Assembly: GCA_965112735.1 (NCBI GenBank)
Contig: OZ218964.1
Span: 930,001-994,000 of the forward strand
Length of the DNA stretch: 64,000 nucleotides
DNA from: Phaeosaccion multiseriatum
Lineage: Eukaryota > Protista > Ochrophyta, other classes
Direction of reading: 5' to 3'
The position numbers and the translations under genes were made by a program. Positions 22,174 through 34,439 of the stretch are shown here, one piece after another. The notes beneath the pieces are model-generated. The model saw only the letters and a program-made list of their open reading frames with translations, was not told the origin of the DNA and did no database searches. How positions within the stretch are numbered: position 1 is the stretch's first letter; every line of letters begins with the position of its first letter.

Positions 22174-25100
22174 ATGCACCTCCGCCCACTTCACCGTGCG
22201 GCGATGCTCTTATCTCTCGCGCGCTCCTCCTTTGCTTTCGTCGGTCATTCTATAGGAATGGGGAATGTAGTATCGCATGTACGACCAGTTACAAGGTGCG
22301 GCTGCAGTGGATACAGCAGTAGTAGTAGTAGTAGTAGTAGTGGCACGAGAAGTAGGAACAGCAACAGCAGCAGCAGCAGCAGCAGCGATGGCAACCTCAG
22401 AAGACGAGAACCACACAAATATAGAGCCACCAGTACAGAACATGGAGCGCCAATAGCAGCAGCAGGACAGCAAGATAAGGAAGTGAAGCCTATACCGCGG
22501 GAAGGGCGAATGTTACGGCCGTCACCCAAGTTCGTCGCAGTGCCTTTCTCCTACCTGGAGGAGATCACCCTAACGTAAGTGTGCTCAGCGTCAAGAGAAA
22601 GCTAGGCGTGGGGTGGACTGTTGCTCTGTTCCATTGGTTGTGTGGTTACGTGGTGATGATTGTTGTGAAGTCCTACCCCTCTCTATCGCAAGCCAAGCCA
22701 GCCTTTTCCTGTTTCCTCTCCCGCTACAACTTCTGCCTCTACTGTTGGTGCTAATGCCGCTGGTACTGCTGCCTCATCGGCTACATCCGACTAAACCCCC
22801 TCCCCCTCCCCTCTCACGCACTCGCACTGCAGGATCACTGACTTGACCAACCTAGGGGAAGGTGTAGCGCGCACCGATGACGGATGGGTGGTCATGGTGG
22901 CGCACACCATTCCTGGGGAGGTGAGTGTCACCGACGATGGCAGTAGATGGCAACAGAAGCAGAGCGGGCGGGGGGGGCGCAAGAGCTGCAGGCCGCTGAA
23001 TCTCTGTCCCTCCCTTCCTCCGTCTGCGTGGTGTATGTATGTATGTATGTATGTATGTATGTATGTACGTATGTATGTATGTATGTATGTATGTATGCAT
23101 GTGTGTGTATATGTGTGTGTATATGTGTGTGTATGTGTGTGTGTGTGTCTCACGCAATGACAGGTGGTGCGGGCCAAGGTGTTCCGTAACCACGACAATT
23201 ACTCCGAGGCAACTCTATCAGAGGTCCTAGAGCCCTCCCCCAACAGAGTGGAGCCGCCCTGTCCACTCTTCGGCCTGTGTGGGGGCTGTCAGTACCAACA
23301 CATAGGCATCGAAACACAGGTGGGTGGGCACACTACACCGTAGGGGGGCGGGGTGGAGGGCAAGCAAGACAGGGCATGGAAGGTCGGTGGGTACATCAAC
23401 AGTAAATCAACAGTAATTCAACAGTGTCGAGCATGACAGGGAAGGAAGAAAATCTCTCTGTGATGTTGCGTCTTGTGAGGCCCTCTCTCTCCTCTCTCCT
23501 CTCTCCTCTCCTCTCCCCCTTCCCCCCTCTCCCATACCCGGACCTCGCCCCTCCCGGCCCCCGTTCGCCCCCCCTCAGAGGGAGAGGAAGCGCCAGCAAG
23601 TCATAACTGGGCTGCAGCGCCTCGGGGGCGTAGCAGACCCTGTCGTAAGCAACACCGTTGGCAGTCCAGAGCTGTACAACTATCGCAGCAAGCTCACACC
23701 TCACTACGACAAGCCAGACAAGGCCGTCATCAAAGCCATCGGATTCAATGTGAGCGGCGACAGGCAGACATGCAGGCCGGCAGGCAGGATCAGACCGACC
23801 GGGTGTCAGGACCGGGGCCCGAGGGGGTGCGGGGGACCCGGGAACCTGGGGTGTGTGGAGGAGGGCGAGAGAACGAAGTCTATTGGAAGGCGGTGTTGTC
23901 TCGCTTCGTCTCCCAGCGCTATGTGACACCCCACCTATCTGGCTCCTACCTTGCTCTAAGTTGTCCACTCTGGTAATCTCCCTCCCTTCCTCCCTCTTGG
24001 CCATCGCGCGTACTGGCATCTTTTGCATCGATGCAGCGGGTGAAATTCCCCACCCTTCTACACCACCCCGACTTGAGTGCAATGTCGTTACACAGAGTCA
24101 TTGACGTGGAGCAATGCCCCATTGCCACAAAGGCCATCAATGAGCGATTACCGGAGACTCGAGAGAAGGCCAGAGAGGGGGTCAGGCAGGTGCGTAGGCA
24201 AGTGTGCAGAGGTGGAGGGGAGGGAGGGGAGGAGGGAGGGAGGGAGGGAGTGAGGGAGAGAGGGGGAGGGGGAGAGGGGGGGGGGGATAGGAGGGAGGAA
24301 GGAAGGGAGGAAAGGAGGGAGGGAGACGGGGAAGGAGGACACTAACCGGTCGGAGGTCCCCTCCTCCAGAGGAGATGGAGAGGACCAGGGGATGATGGGA
24401 ACTAAGTTGACGCACACACACACCCGCGCACGCAAATACATACACACACACACACGCACACACACACAAACACACACCTGCACAGCTCCACGAGCAGAAC
24501 AAAGACGCGCGGGACCGGCGCCGGGCCCGAGGAGCCACGCTGCTGCTCAGAGACGTGGAGGAGGGTACGTGCCAGAGGGGTGTTTGAGCTGCCTGTATGC
24601 GTGTATGCCTGTATGCCTGTATGCCGTGCCGCAGTGCCGCAGTGCCGCTGTGTCTAGTGGGGCATCAGTGTCCATCCCACTCTCTGTGTCTTACTACTCT
24701 CCTGATTGATTGATTGATTACTTGATTGAAACGTCTGAAACATGTCAGGTGTGGTGAGCGTAGAGAGCGCAGACGTGACGACGGAGGTGGCGGGGTTGAA
24801 GCTCCGTTTCGCAGCGGGGGATTTCTTTCAGAACAATCCTTATGTGGCGCCGCTCATGGTGGAGCACGTGGTGCAACAGGTGCGTGGGTGCGGGGGAGAG
24901 GGGTAGGGGGTGGGTGGATGGGCAGGTGGATGTGTGGATGGGCAGGTGGATGTGTGGATGGGCAGGTGGATGTGTGGATGGGCAGGTGGATGTGTGGATG
25001 GGCAGGTGGATGTGTGGATGGGCAGGTGGATGTGTGGATGGGCAGGTGGATGTGTGGATGGGCAGGTGGATGTGTGGATGGGCAGGTGGATGTGTGGATG

Positions 25101-26225
25101 GGCAGGTGGATGTGTGGATGGGCAGGTGGATGTGTGGATGGGCAGGTGGATGTGTGGATGGGCAGGTGGATGTGTGGATGGGCAGGTGGATGTGTGGATG
25201 GGCAGGTGGATGTGTGGATGGGCAGGTGGATGTGTGGATGGTTGTGTTGGGGGCGAGGCGGGGGGTTGTGGTGGGTGGGTGGGTGTAGATACGTGTACGT
25301 GTGCGTGTACGTTTGTGTGTGGATGGGTATACAATGTGCGTGCGTGTGTGTGTAGGTGTATGTGTTAGTGTACAATATGCGTGCGTGTGTTGTGTGTGTG
25401 TGTGTGTGTGTGTTTGTCTGTGTCTCCCACCGGAGAGCACGAGAAGCCTTAGGCCTTCCCTCCAGCGTCTTGTCGCCACGGTGCGGGACATCATTCGTAA
25501 CGGACATGCGAATCCCTTTGATCCCGACCCTGACCCTGACCCTGCCGACTACGACCCTGACCCTGACGCCGACCCTGACCCTGACACTGACCCTGACACT
25601 GATTCCTAATCCTGACCCTGACCCTGACCTGACCGTGCCCCTCTATCACCCCTCTGTCCTGAACCCTGCCCCTCCATCACCCCTCTATCCCGAACCCTGG
25701 CCCCTGATGATTAACCCTGGCCCCTGATCATTAACCCTGGCCCCTGATCATTAACCTTCACGCAGGCCACGAAGGGAGGCAAAGCCAAGCACCTCATCGA
25801 CACGTACTGCGGTGGAGGAATGTTCTGCCTCAGCGCCTCTTCCAGCTTCGAGAGCTGTGCGGGCATCGAGATTAGCGGGAGGGCCATTCGCTATGCCAAT
25901 GAGAACGCCAAGCTGAATGGCATTGACAACTGCCACTTCATCGCAGGGACGTCGGAGGGAATCTTCAAGGAGGTGAAGGTAAGCAGAGAGGGCAGCAGCA
26001 GGACGGGGGCGAGGGGGGGAGGGGTTCTCCTCTCCCAGACCTTTGGGGACCACCTGCAGAGTGCCCACTCGTGTCACTGTCTGGTCTTTAATGTTCTACT
26101 GAATCACAGCTGGCATGGATTTGCAACCCCCACCCCACTCCTTGACCCGGTGATGTAGCGCTCTCCCCACTCGCTCTCTGCCCATTCTCACTCCTCTGGA
26201 ACCCCTCTTTTCCCATCTCTTAAGC

Positions 26226-26267
<42 letters not shown>

Positions 26268-26984
26268 CGTTCTACCGTAGTTCGATCCCCTGGAAACGGT
26301 GGTGGTCATTGACCCTCCTCGCAAAGGGTGCGACGAGAGCTTCCTCAGCCAGGTTGGTCAGGGCTAAGTAGTCAGTACGTGGTGTCAGTCAGTCAGTCAG
26401 CCAGTCAGTCAGTCAGTCAGTCAGTCAGTCAGTCAGCCATTCATGGTAGCTGCTGTGCATGCGTTTGTTGCTTGTGTGAGGCCGCTGTCACTTTGGGCTC
26501 TTTCTCTCTCCTCTCCTTGCGGCCGAAGGGGGGCAGAGCTTCCTTCTATCCTCTTGGCTCCGCCTTGTCCCACGCCTTATAAAGCAGAGAAGCGTGGGAA
26601 CGAAAATTGAGAGTTTTTGAGCTCCTTACCCGATGTTCCCTCCGTTCCTCCCTCCCTCCCTCCCTTCCTCCCTTCCTCCCTCCCTCCCTCCCTCCCTCCC
26701 TCCCTCCCTCCCTCCCCCCCTCTCTCCCTCCCTTCCTCCCTCCCTCTCTCACTCTCCTCCCTCCCTCCTCTCCGCTCCCTCTGCGTGTGTGACAGCTCTT
26801 CAAGTTTCGTCCCATCCGCCTCGTCTACATGAGTTGCGACCCCTCCACGCAGGCCAGAGACACCGCCCCCATCCTCGCCGCCGGATACACCATCAGTGAC
26901 GTCACCCCTTTCGACCTCTTTCCGCAGACAAGACACATTGAGAACTGCATCACCTTCGAGCTAGAGGAGGGGGAGGGGGAGTAG
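22174..26984 (+). CDS. RNA (uracil-5)-methyltransferase, TrmA/RlmD/Trm2 family, with TRAM domain and 4Fe-4S motif; probably organelle-targeted
   Basis: 10 exons. ITDLTNLGEGVAR...IPGE, CPLFGLCGGCQYQH, YNYRSKL, FFQNN, IDTYCGGGMF, IDPPRKGC, VYMSCDPSTQARD, FDLFPQTRHIE. N-terminus MLLSLARSSFA-FV resembles a bipartite targeting signal. Confidence 0.9.
24914..25240 (+). repeat. Perfect 20-bp minisatellite (GTGGATGGGCAGGTGGATGT) x about 16, intronic
   Basis: Direct inspection. Confidence 0.97.
25523..25757 (+). repeat. Degenerate telomere-like (CCCTGA)n tract plus a 20-bp TTAACCCTGGCCCCTGATCA duplication, intronic
   Basis: ccctgaccctgaccctg... runs, cctaat and taaccct variants. Confidence 0.7.
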
Positions 26985-28011
26985 TGTGAGTTTGGGTTTA
27001 TTCGACCCCCCCTACCTATCCATACCAGCAAGTCAGTGACAATGATTGTTGACCCAAGAGATCGATCTGAAGGTCGGGGAGGGCCTGTGGGTGCGTGTGT
27101 ATGGGTGGGTTGGCGGATGGGCGTGTGGGCCTACGTCCGGCAGGTGAGAGAAAGGCTTGACCTGTCTGTGTCTCGCTCGGTGAGAAGAGCACAAAAGACC
27201 AACGGGAGACCGATGGACCCCCCATTAGATAACGGCCAGTCGAGGAGTTGCTTCTTGCTTGGCCTGCTGGGCTGCTTGACTGAATGGATGGATGGTTGTT
27301 GCCTCATGGCCTTGCCAAAGGTATGTGTGAGTGAGACGGCATTCAGCCTCTCAAGCAGAGTCAAGTCAACAATAGTCACACAACAGTCGTTTGTTATTCT
27401 ATTTTACTTTGAGGGCTTTCTATTTGCCCCAGCCAGGTGGTGGCTTGTGATGACATGTTTTCCACCGACAGCAAGCACAACGCGGTCGGAGTCGTAAGCA
27501 CACCCTCGAACATTGAACATATATCACAGATAAGCTGGAGATTCCTTTCCTTTCCCTCCCTCAAAGGGGGGGGGGGGTGCGGCATCCCCAGCGAACAGTC
27601 ACGATTCACGATTTGGTTGTTCGCTACACAGCTAATGCGGTCGCTCGTGTTTACACACCACTTTTAGAATACATACCCAGAAGGGAGAGAGGGGAAGGGA
27701 GCGGGTAGAGTGCCGAGGGTCCAAACAAGAGGGCCTATGCTCGACATCCGCTACCCCCTCCCTCTCCCTCGCGCCTCTAACGCCGCCGCTGCTCGCTATT
27801 GGCCAGACACTTTGGCTTGGAAGGGCTCGGCGCGCTGCTCTACATCAACCGCTCCGTCGACCGATGGATCGAGAGAGTGAGAGAGGGAGACAGAGGGAGA
27901 GAGACGCCACACATAGAGGGAGAGAGAGAGACTTGGTCTGTCTGTCCTTCCGTCCGTCCGTCTTGAGTCAAAACTGGAACTCAAAACTGTGTACTACCTG
28001 CGTAGTCGTAC

Positions 28012-31000
28012 TTACGCCAGGTAGGCGCGCTCCGAGTCGTCGGGGCAGAAGGTGATAACGTAGGACATGTCGTTAACGCCTCCGTTGTTGCCTCCGTTGG
28101 TGCACACGAATGTCGAGGTGGCGTCATCGTACGCGAAGGTGTAGGCCGTGGGGCAAGCCTTCTTGATGTATTTGCAGAAGGGGAGGGCGTACTCCATCCA
28201 CACGGGGTTGGTGTTGGAGCACTCGTGATCCACGGGGAAGGCGACACCCTCGTCGTTCCAGATGGGGCATCCGCACACCGTGTCAGGGGCGTTGGGCTGG
28301 TAGCCGGACTGGCTGTAGAACTCTCCTCCGCAGCCGTACAGCTCACCGAAGTTCTGTGAGCCCTGACCCGTCTCCATCCTGCAGTTGTAAGGAGCGTCCA
28401 CGTGGGAGACTCCGCCACAGATGGACACGCCGGACCACCAACCGATGGGGGTACCGCACACCCCCTGCTGGAAGCTCCACTGCGTACCCGCACCGAGACC
28501 CGCGTTGTGCGCCCCGCACTTGAAGTCACCACTGCAGTCGTTGTCCGTCACACAGCTCGAGCCCTCCACAACGGACTCTGTGTCCACCCAGCGGAGCGAT
28601 TGGGCGTGGTTGGTGTTGCCGTAAATGCCGTCAATGGTGGGGTCAAACTCCCATGTGCAGCCGGGCATGTCATCAAACTTGGCGAATTCAGCGTCTCCCG
28701 GGTTGCCGCACCAGAAGCGGTCGGCGCCTCGGTCCTCCGCATCGGCGGTTCCCTCGCGATCGTCGGGGCGCATGGCCATGGGCACGTTGACGCCATCGAT
28801 GTTGGAAATGTCGTAGAAATCAGCAAAGTTGTCGCTGAAGGTGAACTCGGCCTTGGTGACGGGGCCTCCCGGCCCTGTGAAGGCCGGGCAGTTGCCGGCA
28901 CCGCACACCCCCGTCTTGCAGCGTCCAGTGGTGCGATCGCATCCCGTCGACCCCCACACGTTTCCGCTCCAACGCATGTCTGTGCCGGGCACGTCGGGGA
29001 GGGAGACGGCGATGGAAGCTCCTCCGTTCAAGTACGTCTGGTCGTCCGTGAGCGGCAGCGTCCAGTGGCACCCGTTGGTGGCAGGATCCCACACTTGGTT
29101 GATGGGGCACACACCGTTATCGGCTTGGTTGGCACGTCCTCCAGTGTGTCCCACACGCACCTCGAAGGAGCAGCGGTTCTCAAAGATGAGCTGACGAGGG
29201 CCGTTGGGGGGCAGGCCGGCTTGAGCAGCGGCCGGGGGTCGGTTCGCGGGCACTACCACGGGGGGCTGCGTGACGAGACCGATAGGGGGGGTAGGTGCGA
29301 TGGGAGAGGCCGTGGGCTCAGGGGTGGGAGCCGGGGCGAGGACGACGGGGGCTGCGGCGCCGTGGCTGGACTCGTAGACGGAGTTGGCCCATCCTCCTCC
29401 GCAAAAGAGGTCAGAGTCACCGGAGCAGGGCGTGGTGCAGAAGGTGGAGGGGCCGTGCTTTCCGTAGGCGTTGCCACAGAAGCACTGCGACCTGTACTGC
29501 AGCGCAAAGTAGTTATACTTGTGCTCGGTGCAGTACAGGTTGCACTCGGCGGGGGTGAGCGTCTGCGACTCCATGGAGGTGGCGCCCATGTCTCGGTCGT
29601 GGTTGTCCGTCCAGCAGCCCTTGTAGTCGTACGTCTCAGAGACGCCCGTGGGGAGCTCGACAACGGGTGTGGGTGCGGGTACGTTCGGTGTGCTGGGTTC
29701 TTCGATGGCCTTGGTCAGGTACACACTGTTGGCCCAGCTGCCTCCACAAACCTGTCCGTCGTCGCCGGTGCACTCCATGTTGCATGCCCCGGACTCTCCG
29801 TAGGCGCCGTACGAGTTACTGCAAGAGCACATCTCTCCGAATTGCACACCAAAGTACTCGAATCCGCCGGCGGCGCAGAAGGCGTTACACGTCTCGAGCG
29901 AGTTGGAGGTGCTGATTTGGTCTTCGCCACTCAAGTCACGAGGGTACTCGTCGTGGAAGCAACCCATATACTCGAATCCGGCGTGTTCCAGCGGCCTCGC
30001 AGGTGCTGGCGGCGTTGCTGGTGGCGTCACGACGGAGTTGGGTTCGCTGGGGGACGGCCCCCCTGGAACGATGGTCAAGGTGGGCACCACCTTGTGCACG
30101 GAGTTCTTAAAGGGCGCGCCGCAGTTGAACTCGTCGTCGCCGGGGCACTCCTGGTAGCACTTCTTTTCCTTCAACTTCTTGTACTTGCCGAAGGAGCCGT
30201 CGCCGCAGAAGCACTGAGCGAGACAAAGAACGGAAGGAGGGGGTGGGGCGGGCCAGCGTGTGTGAGAGGGGGAGAGCAAGCAGGTCACGTACTTCATTGG
30301 TGGACAGGGACGGAGGAAGGCAAAGGAGGACCACAAGAGGAATTGAAAGTAGCCCCCGAGTGGGCGCATCCTTGGTCGATGCTTGCACACACACTTGTTT
30401 AAAACAAAAAAGGCGCTCTCTTCTTACCTCGCCCTTGTCTTGCAGGCCGAAGAACTCAAAGCCCTGGCACTCGGCGTTACACGTCTCCGGAGAGTTGGTG
30501 TCGCCCAGAGTGACATGCTTGCCAGACAAGGCCCTGTCCGAGGCCACATCCTTGTAGCATCCCATGTACTCGTGCTCCCCCTCCGGCGAGTACCCCTCGA
30601 AGTTCATGAACACACGGTTGGCGCTTGGGCCTCCGCAGTACTTGTTACTCTTGCCAGAGCAGAGCGTGTTGCATTGGTCCGATGGGCCGTACGTGTCGTA
30701 GTCGTCGTCGCCACAGTAACACTAAGTGAAAGAACAACAGAACAATGAGGGAGGTGAGAGGAATCCAAAGAGGATGGAGGGCGGCTGTGAGAAAGGAGGA
30801 CACTTGGATGGGTAGAAACAAGCCTCCTTTTATTTGGAGAGGAAAGCCCCACCTTTAGGGAAAGGGCAAGCGGGCGATCGGGCCGGCCCCTTCATTACCC
30901 CCCTTCCCCCCTCCCTCTCGCCCCAGCCCTTATTGTTCTCTTGCCCGTACCTCGTTACCGTTTTGGACACCGTAGTACTTGAAACCATCGCAGAACTTCT

Positions 31001-31184
31001 TGCACTTGCCCGGGCTGAACTTCTTGCCGTCAGCCCACGTCTTGGACGCCCCCGAGAGCGCACGCTCGCCTGGGTTGTCAGCGAAGCACCCAAGGTCAAC
31101 CTTGGCACCCTGCACAGCGGGAAGCGCCCCAAGCACAGCGGCGACCACAACAGCCGATGCCCCGGCGAGGGTTTCAGACCTCAT
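28012..31184 (-). CDS. Secreted protein with four WSC carbohydrate-binding domains and a C-terminal thaumatin-like domain
   Basis: Exons 31184-30951, ~30722-30428, ~30213-28012. Signal peptide MRSETLAGASAVVVAAVLGALPAVQG; 4x GC[FYW].D...C...C...C.CG...CGG..AN.V; thaumatin motifs WSGNVWGSTGC, TKAEFTF, DFYDISNIDGVNVPM, KACPTAYTFAYDDATSTFVC, YVITFCP. Confidence 0.92.
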
Positions 31185-31671
31185 TTTCCGTTCCTTTGTT
31201 GGGTGAGGAAAGGTGTGATTCAGGGTCGGGAGTCCGTCTTTTGTTTCACTCGCTCCCCGCACTGCAAACAGTCAGTGTGTGGTGCGGTGTGGTCCTCGTT
31301 CGTTTATTGTTCTGATGGCGTGGGGTTTTGCTGCGCCTTACCCCCTCTCCTCACACACACAAAAACGGGTCGTTTTGCGTGAGCAAGTTGGTGCAGATGA
31401 AACGGCATTTTTCGCGTGCAGCGTTTTTAATGAAACGGCATTTCGATAGTATCAATTTTTTATGAAGGGCACGGTATATATCGCAATCCATTTACGTGAG
31501 CATACGTACCCATTATGTGCTTCTGGCACACTCCCGCTCCTTTTGAGAGTGTGCCTGGGGCACCGGGACACATGATAAAATTAAAAAAGATATAAAAAAA
31601 AAAGTGTGGTAGTAAACAGAACTACTGAAGAGCAGAACGCTTAACACACTAAGAGTGTAAGGCCTACGAAG

Positions 31672-33548
31672 ATGGTGATGCACAGTGCAATTGCTGCCCT
31701 CCTTGTGTTACTTGGTGTGGCTCATGGCCAGCAAGATACTTTCGAGTTCAGCTTGGATTTGTTGGCCTCATCCACAGGGTACTTCAAGGTGGAGGGGTAC
31801 GAGGGACTTCAGCCCATCCTCTACATGGTTCGCGGCAGAGAATACACCTTCGTGCAGGTAAGGGCAGGCTCCATGGGAAAGAGCAAGTCTTTTTTTTTTC
31901 CTCCTCGCTCTGCTCTGCTAATAGCTGTATTGTCTGCGCTGGCACCACAGAGAGACTCGACCAACTGGTACCATCCCCTGGGCTTTAGCTACTTCCCAGA
32001 CGGGGCCCACGAGGGCGTGGATGAGCTGGAGGAGGGTGTGGGGAACGGGGAAGCCCCAGTGTACTACATCGATGGCGAGGTGAGTCACGGGTCTTTCTTT
32101 CTTTTGTTTGTGGCTGTGTGGCTCTCCTCAGCTCTTGACGCCGTACACTGCTTGCTGCCCCTTCTCGTGTCTTTGCTATGTCCCTCCACAGCTGTCCGAC
32201 CTTGACACATACGAGCCACAGTTCGCCTACCCGATGGACTTCTGGATGGTGCGTGATGCTTACATAAATGAAAATACATTGAAAAGAGAGAGAGAGGCGG
32301 AGGTCGTCGAGAGACGGCTGTACTTGCTCGGGAAAGCGACTGCACCACACCCCTGGCAGACTGCCCCCCCCCCGTCCGTTCGCTACTCAGCCACTCGCAT
32401 CATGCGATGCGCTTCTTTTCATGTCTCTGACGGAGCCACTCCCTCCTCCTGCGTGCCCTATCTACCGGTCTGCCTGTCTGCCCTCGTGCGCAGGATCACG
32501 AGTACGAGGTGAGGCTCACCTTCACGGACCCCGATGTGGACGAAATCTTCTACTTCTGCCATATTCACAACTCCATGTCCGCCCGCATCTTGATGGTGGA
32601 CGATGAGGACGACATCCCCTCTTCGGAGCCCACTGATCGTGAGTTCGAGGTGGAGCTGTACGACCTCGTGGAGCGATCTTCCTTTGATGAGGAGTGTGGC
32701 ACCTCTCTGGCCGGCCCCTTTGAGCCGAAGGACGGCACCCTGGAGAGCGAAATGTGCCCCGGAGACGTGTTCATCTGCGGTGACGAGGACGACTCTTACA
32801 CCCGATGCCTGCACAGCATTGACTGCATGATGAAGAGCCAGGTTCGTGCGCTTAGAAGGCCTTGTTTCCTCTGGTTACCCACGACTTGCCTCTTTCGTTG
32901 TCTGTTTCATCTGTCCCTCCCACACATTGAACCAAACAAATCACGACAATCTCCCCCCTTCCCCCCCTCCCTCCAGATGCGTGACGCCACCACGATTGAG
33001 GTCTCCACCGACACGATGAGTCGAACGGGAGCCTTCATGGCCCACATGATCCCACACCACGACAACGCAGGTGTGTGTATGGTGTGTAGCGGAGCTGTGG
33101 ACTGGACGATGGTTTGCAATGCATGGTCTGCTCCGCCTTCCTCTCACATCCTTCCCCCCTTCCCCTGCCTTCCTCCTCTCCACTAGTGAACATGGCCAAG
33201 ATCTTGATGGCCAACCCTGGTGACGAACCCCTGGACGAGGAAGTGGAGGCTCTCATCATCGAAATCATCAACGGACAGAACGCGCAGAACACCTTTATGC
33301 GCGCCTGGCTCAGGGAGAACGAGGTGGAGGTGGCGGAGTGCTCGGACAGAGACGCCGCGGCCGACAGTGGCGACAACGATATTCCGGACACGGCCCTTGC
33401 CGGCTTGATTGTGCTGGGATGCGCTGCCCTTTGCGCGAGCGCGCTGGCCTGCTTCTTCTGCCAGAAGAGCAAGCAGCAAAAGAGGGGGGCTCAGACCACC
33501 GGCCACGTGGAGCAGCACCAGGTGAATTCTAAGGCCTCCGCTTATTAG
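31672..33548 (+). CDS. Type I membrane protein: signal peptide, cupredoxin-like domain, Cys-rich linker, single DUF305-like helical hairpin, TM helix
   Basis: Exons approx. 31672-31857, 31949-32079, 32192-32248, 32494-32841, 32977-33070, 33188-33548. WYHPLGF...FYFCHIHNSMSARI; FMAHMIPHHDNAVNMAKIL...IINGQNAQNTFMRAWL; TM ALAGLIVLGCAALCASALACFFC then basic QKSKQQKR. Confidence 0.75.
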
Positions 33549-34107
33549 AAATATGATGCAGTAGCCCCCTTGGAGGGCTCTGGCTGGGTACAATAGGGTG
33601 GGTAGATAAGTCCGAAGCAGGCAGCAGTGAGTGGCTGGGATAGCTAGGACGGGAAAATAGAAAATAGAAACGAGTAATGCTAAATGTACTACTGAATCAT
33701 CACGTTCCAACAGCTGATGGTGACTGCCGTGAAAGCCTTGAACCTGAGGTGGGATTGAGCTTTGAGCCTGGCTCTACCCTGTGTCGTCCACTTGAGCTCC
33801 CCCTGATGCCGGATACTCGACCCCTGAAGTGCTACCTGCTACCTGCTACCGCCGCCGCCAGCTGGCGTGCTACACGGCGTCAGCTGACGTGCTGGTAGAG
33901 AATGTCACCGGGCCGGGGCCCGGTAGCACATGAAACGAGAACGGAAAAAAAAAATAAAAAAAAATGAAGTAGACGTTCTATGAGTTCAAAATGCCATCTG
34001 TTGGGGCATCGTGATCGTCTCTAAGGGGCGCGGTCTATGCCACTGCTCTCGTCCTGGCGTCCCTCTTTTCTGGCACTGCGCTCCCAGCTCTCTGCGTGGC
34101 CCTTGTG

Positions 34108-34403
34108 ATGAAGCTCTGTCTGGTGGTCGTTCCCCTGCTCGCGGAGCTGACCTGTATCGAGAGCTTCTTGCCGTCATCAGCGGTCTCGACGGCCACAGCC
34201 GCAACGGAAAGATTCTTCACGGCCAGGCGACCTCACCTCCACAACAAGTGCCATAGTCACAGGAGAAGCGAGCAGCGGCAGCAGCAGAAGGTTTCGAGAC
34301 TAGGGGTCTCCAACACCAGCAGTGGGCCGGAAGATGGAATCGACAGATTTGGGCGAGTAGTTCGGATGGTTGGGGCCGCAGTAGCAGCGGCAGAGGATAA
34401 CCA

Positions 34404-34439
<36 letters not shown>

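Noticed and set aside
24726-25609. Repetitive WMGRWMCG / HPHIHLP ORFs
   Set aside because: Products of the 20-bp intronic minisatellite.
28402-30402. 666-aa plus-strand ORF
   Set aside because: Antisense shadow of the high-GC3 WSC-thaumatin exon, with no motifs of its own.
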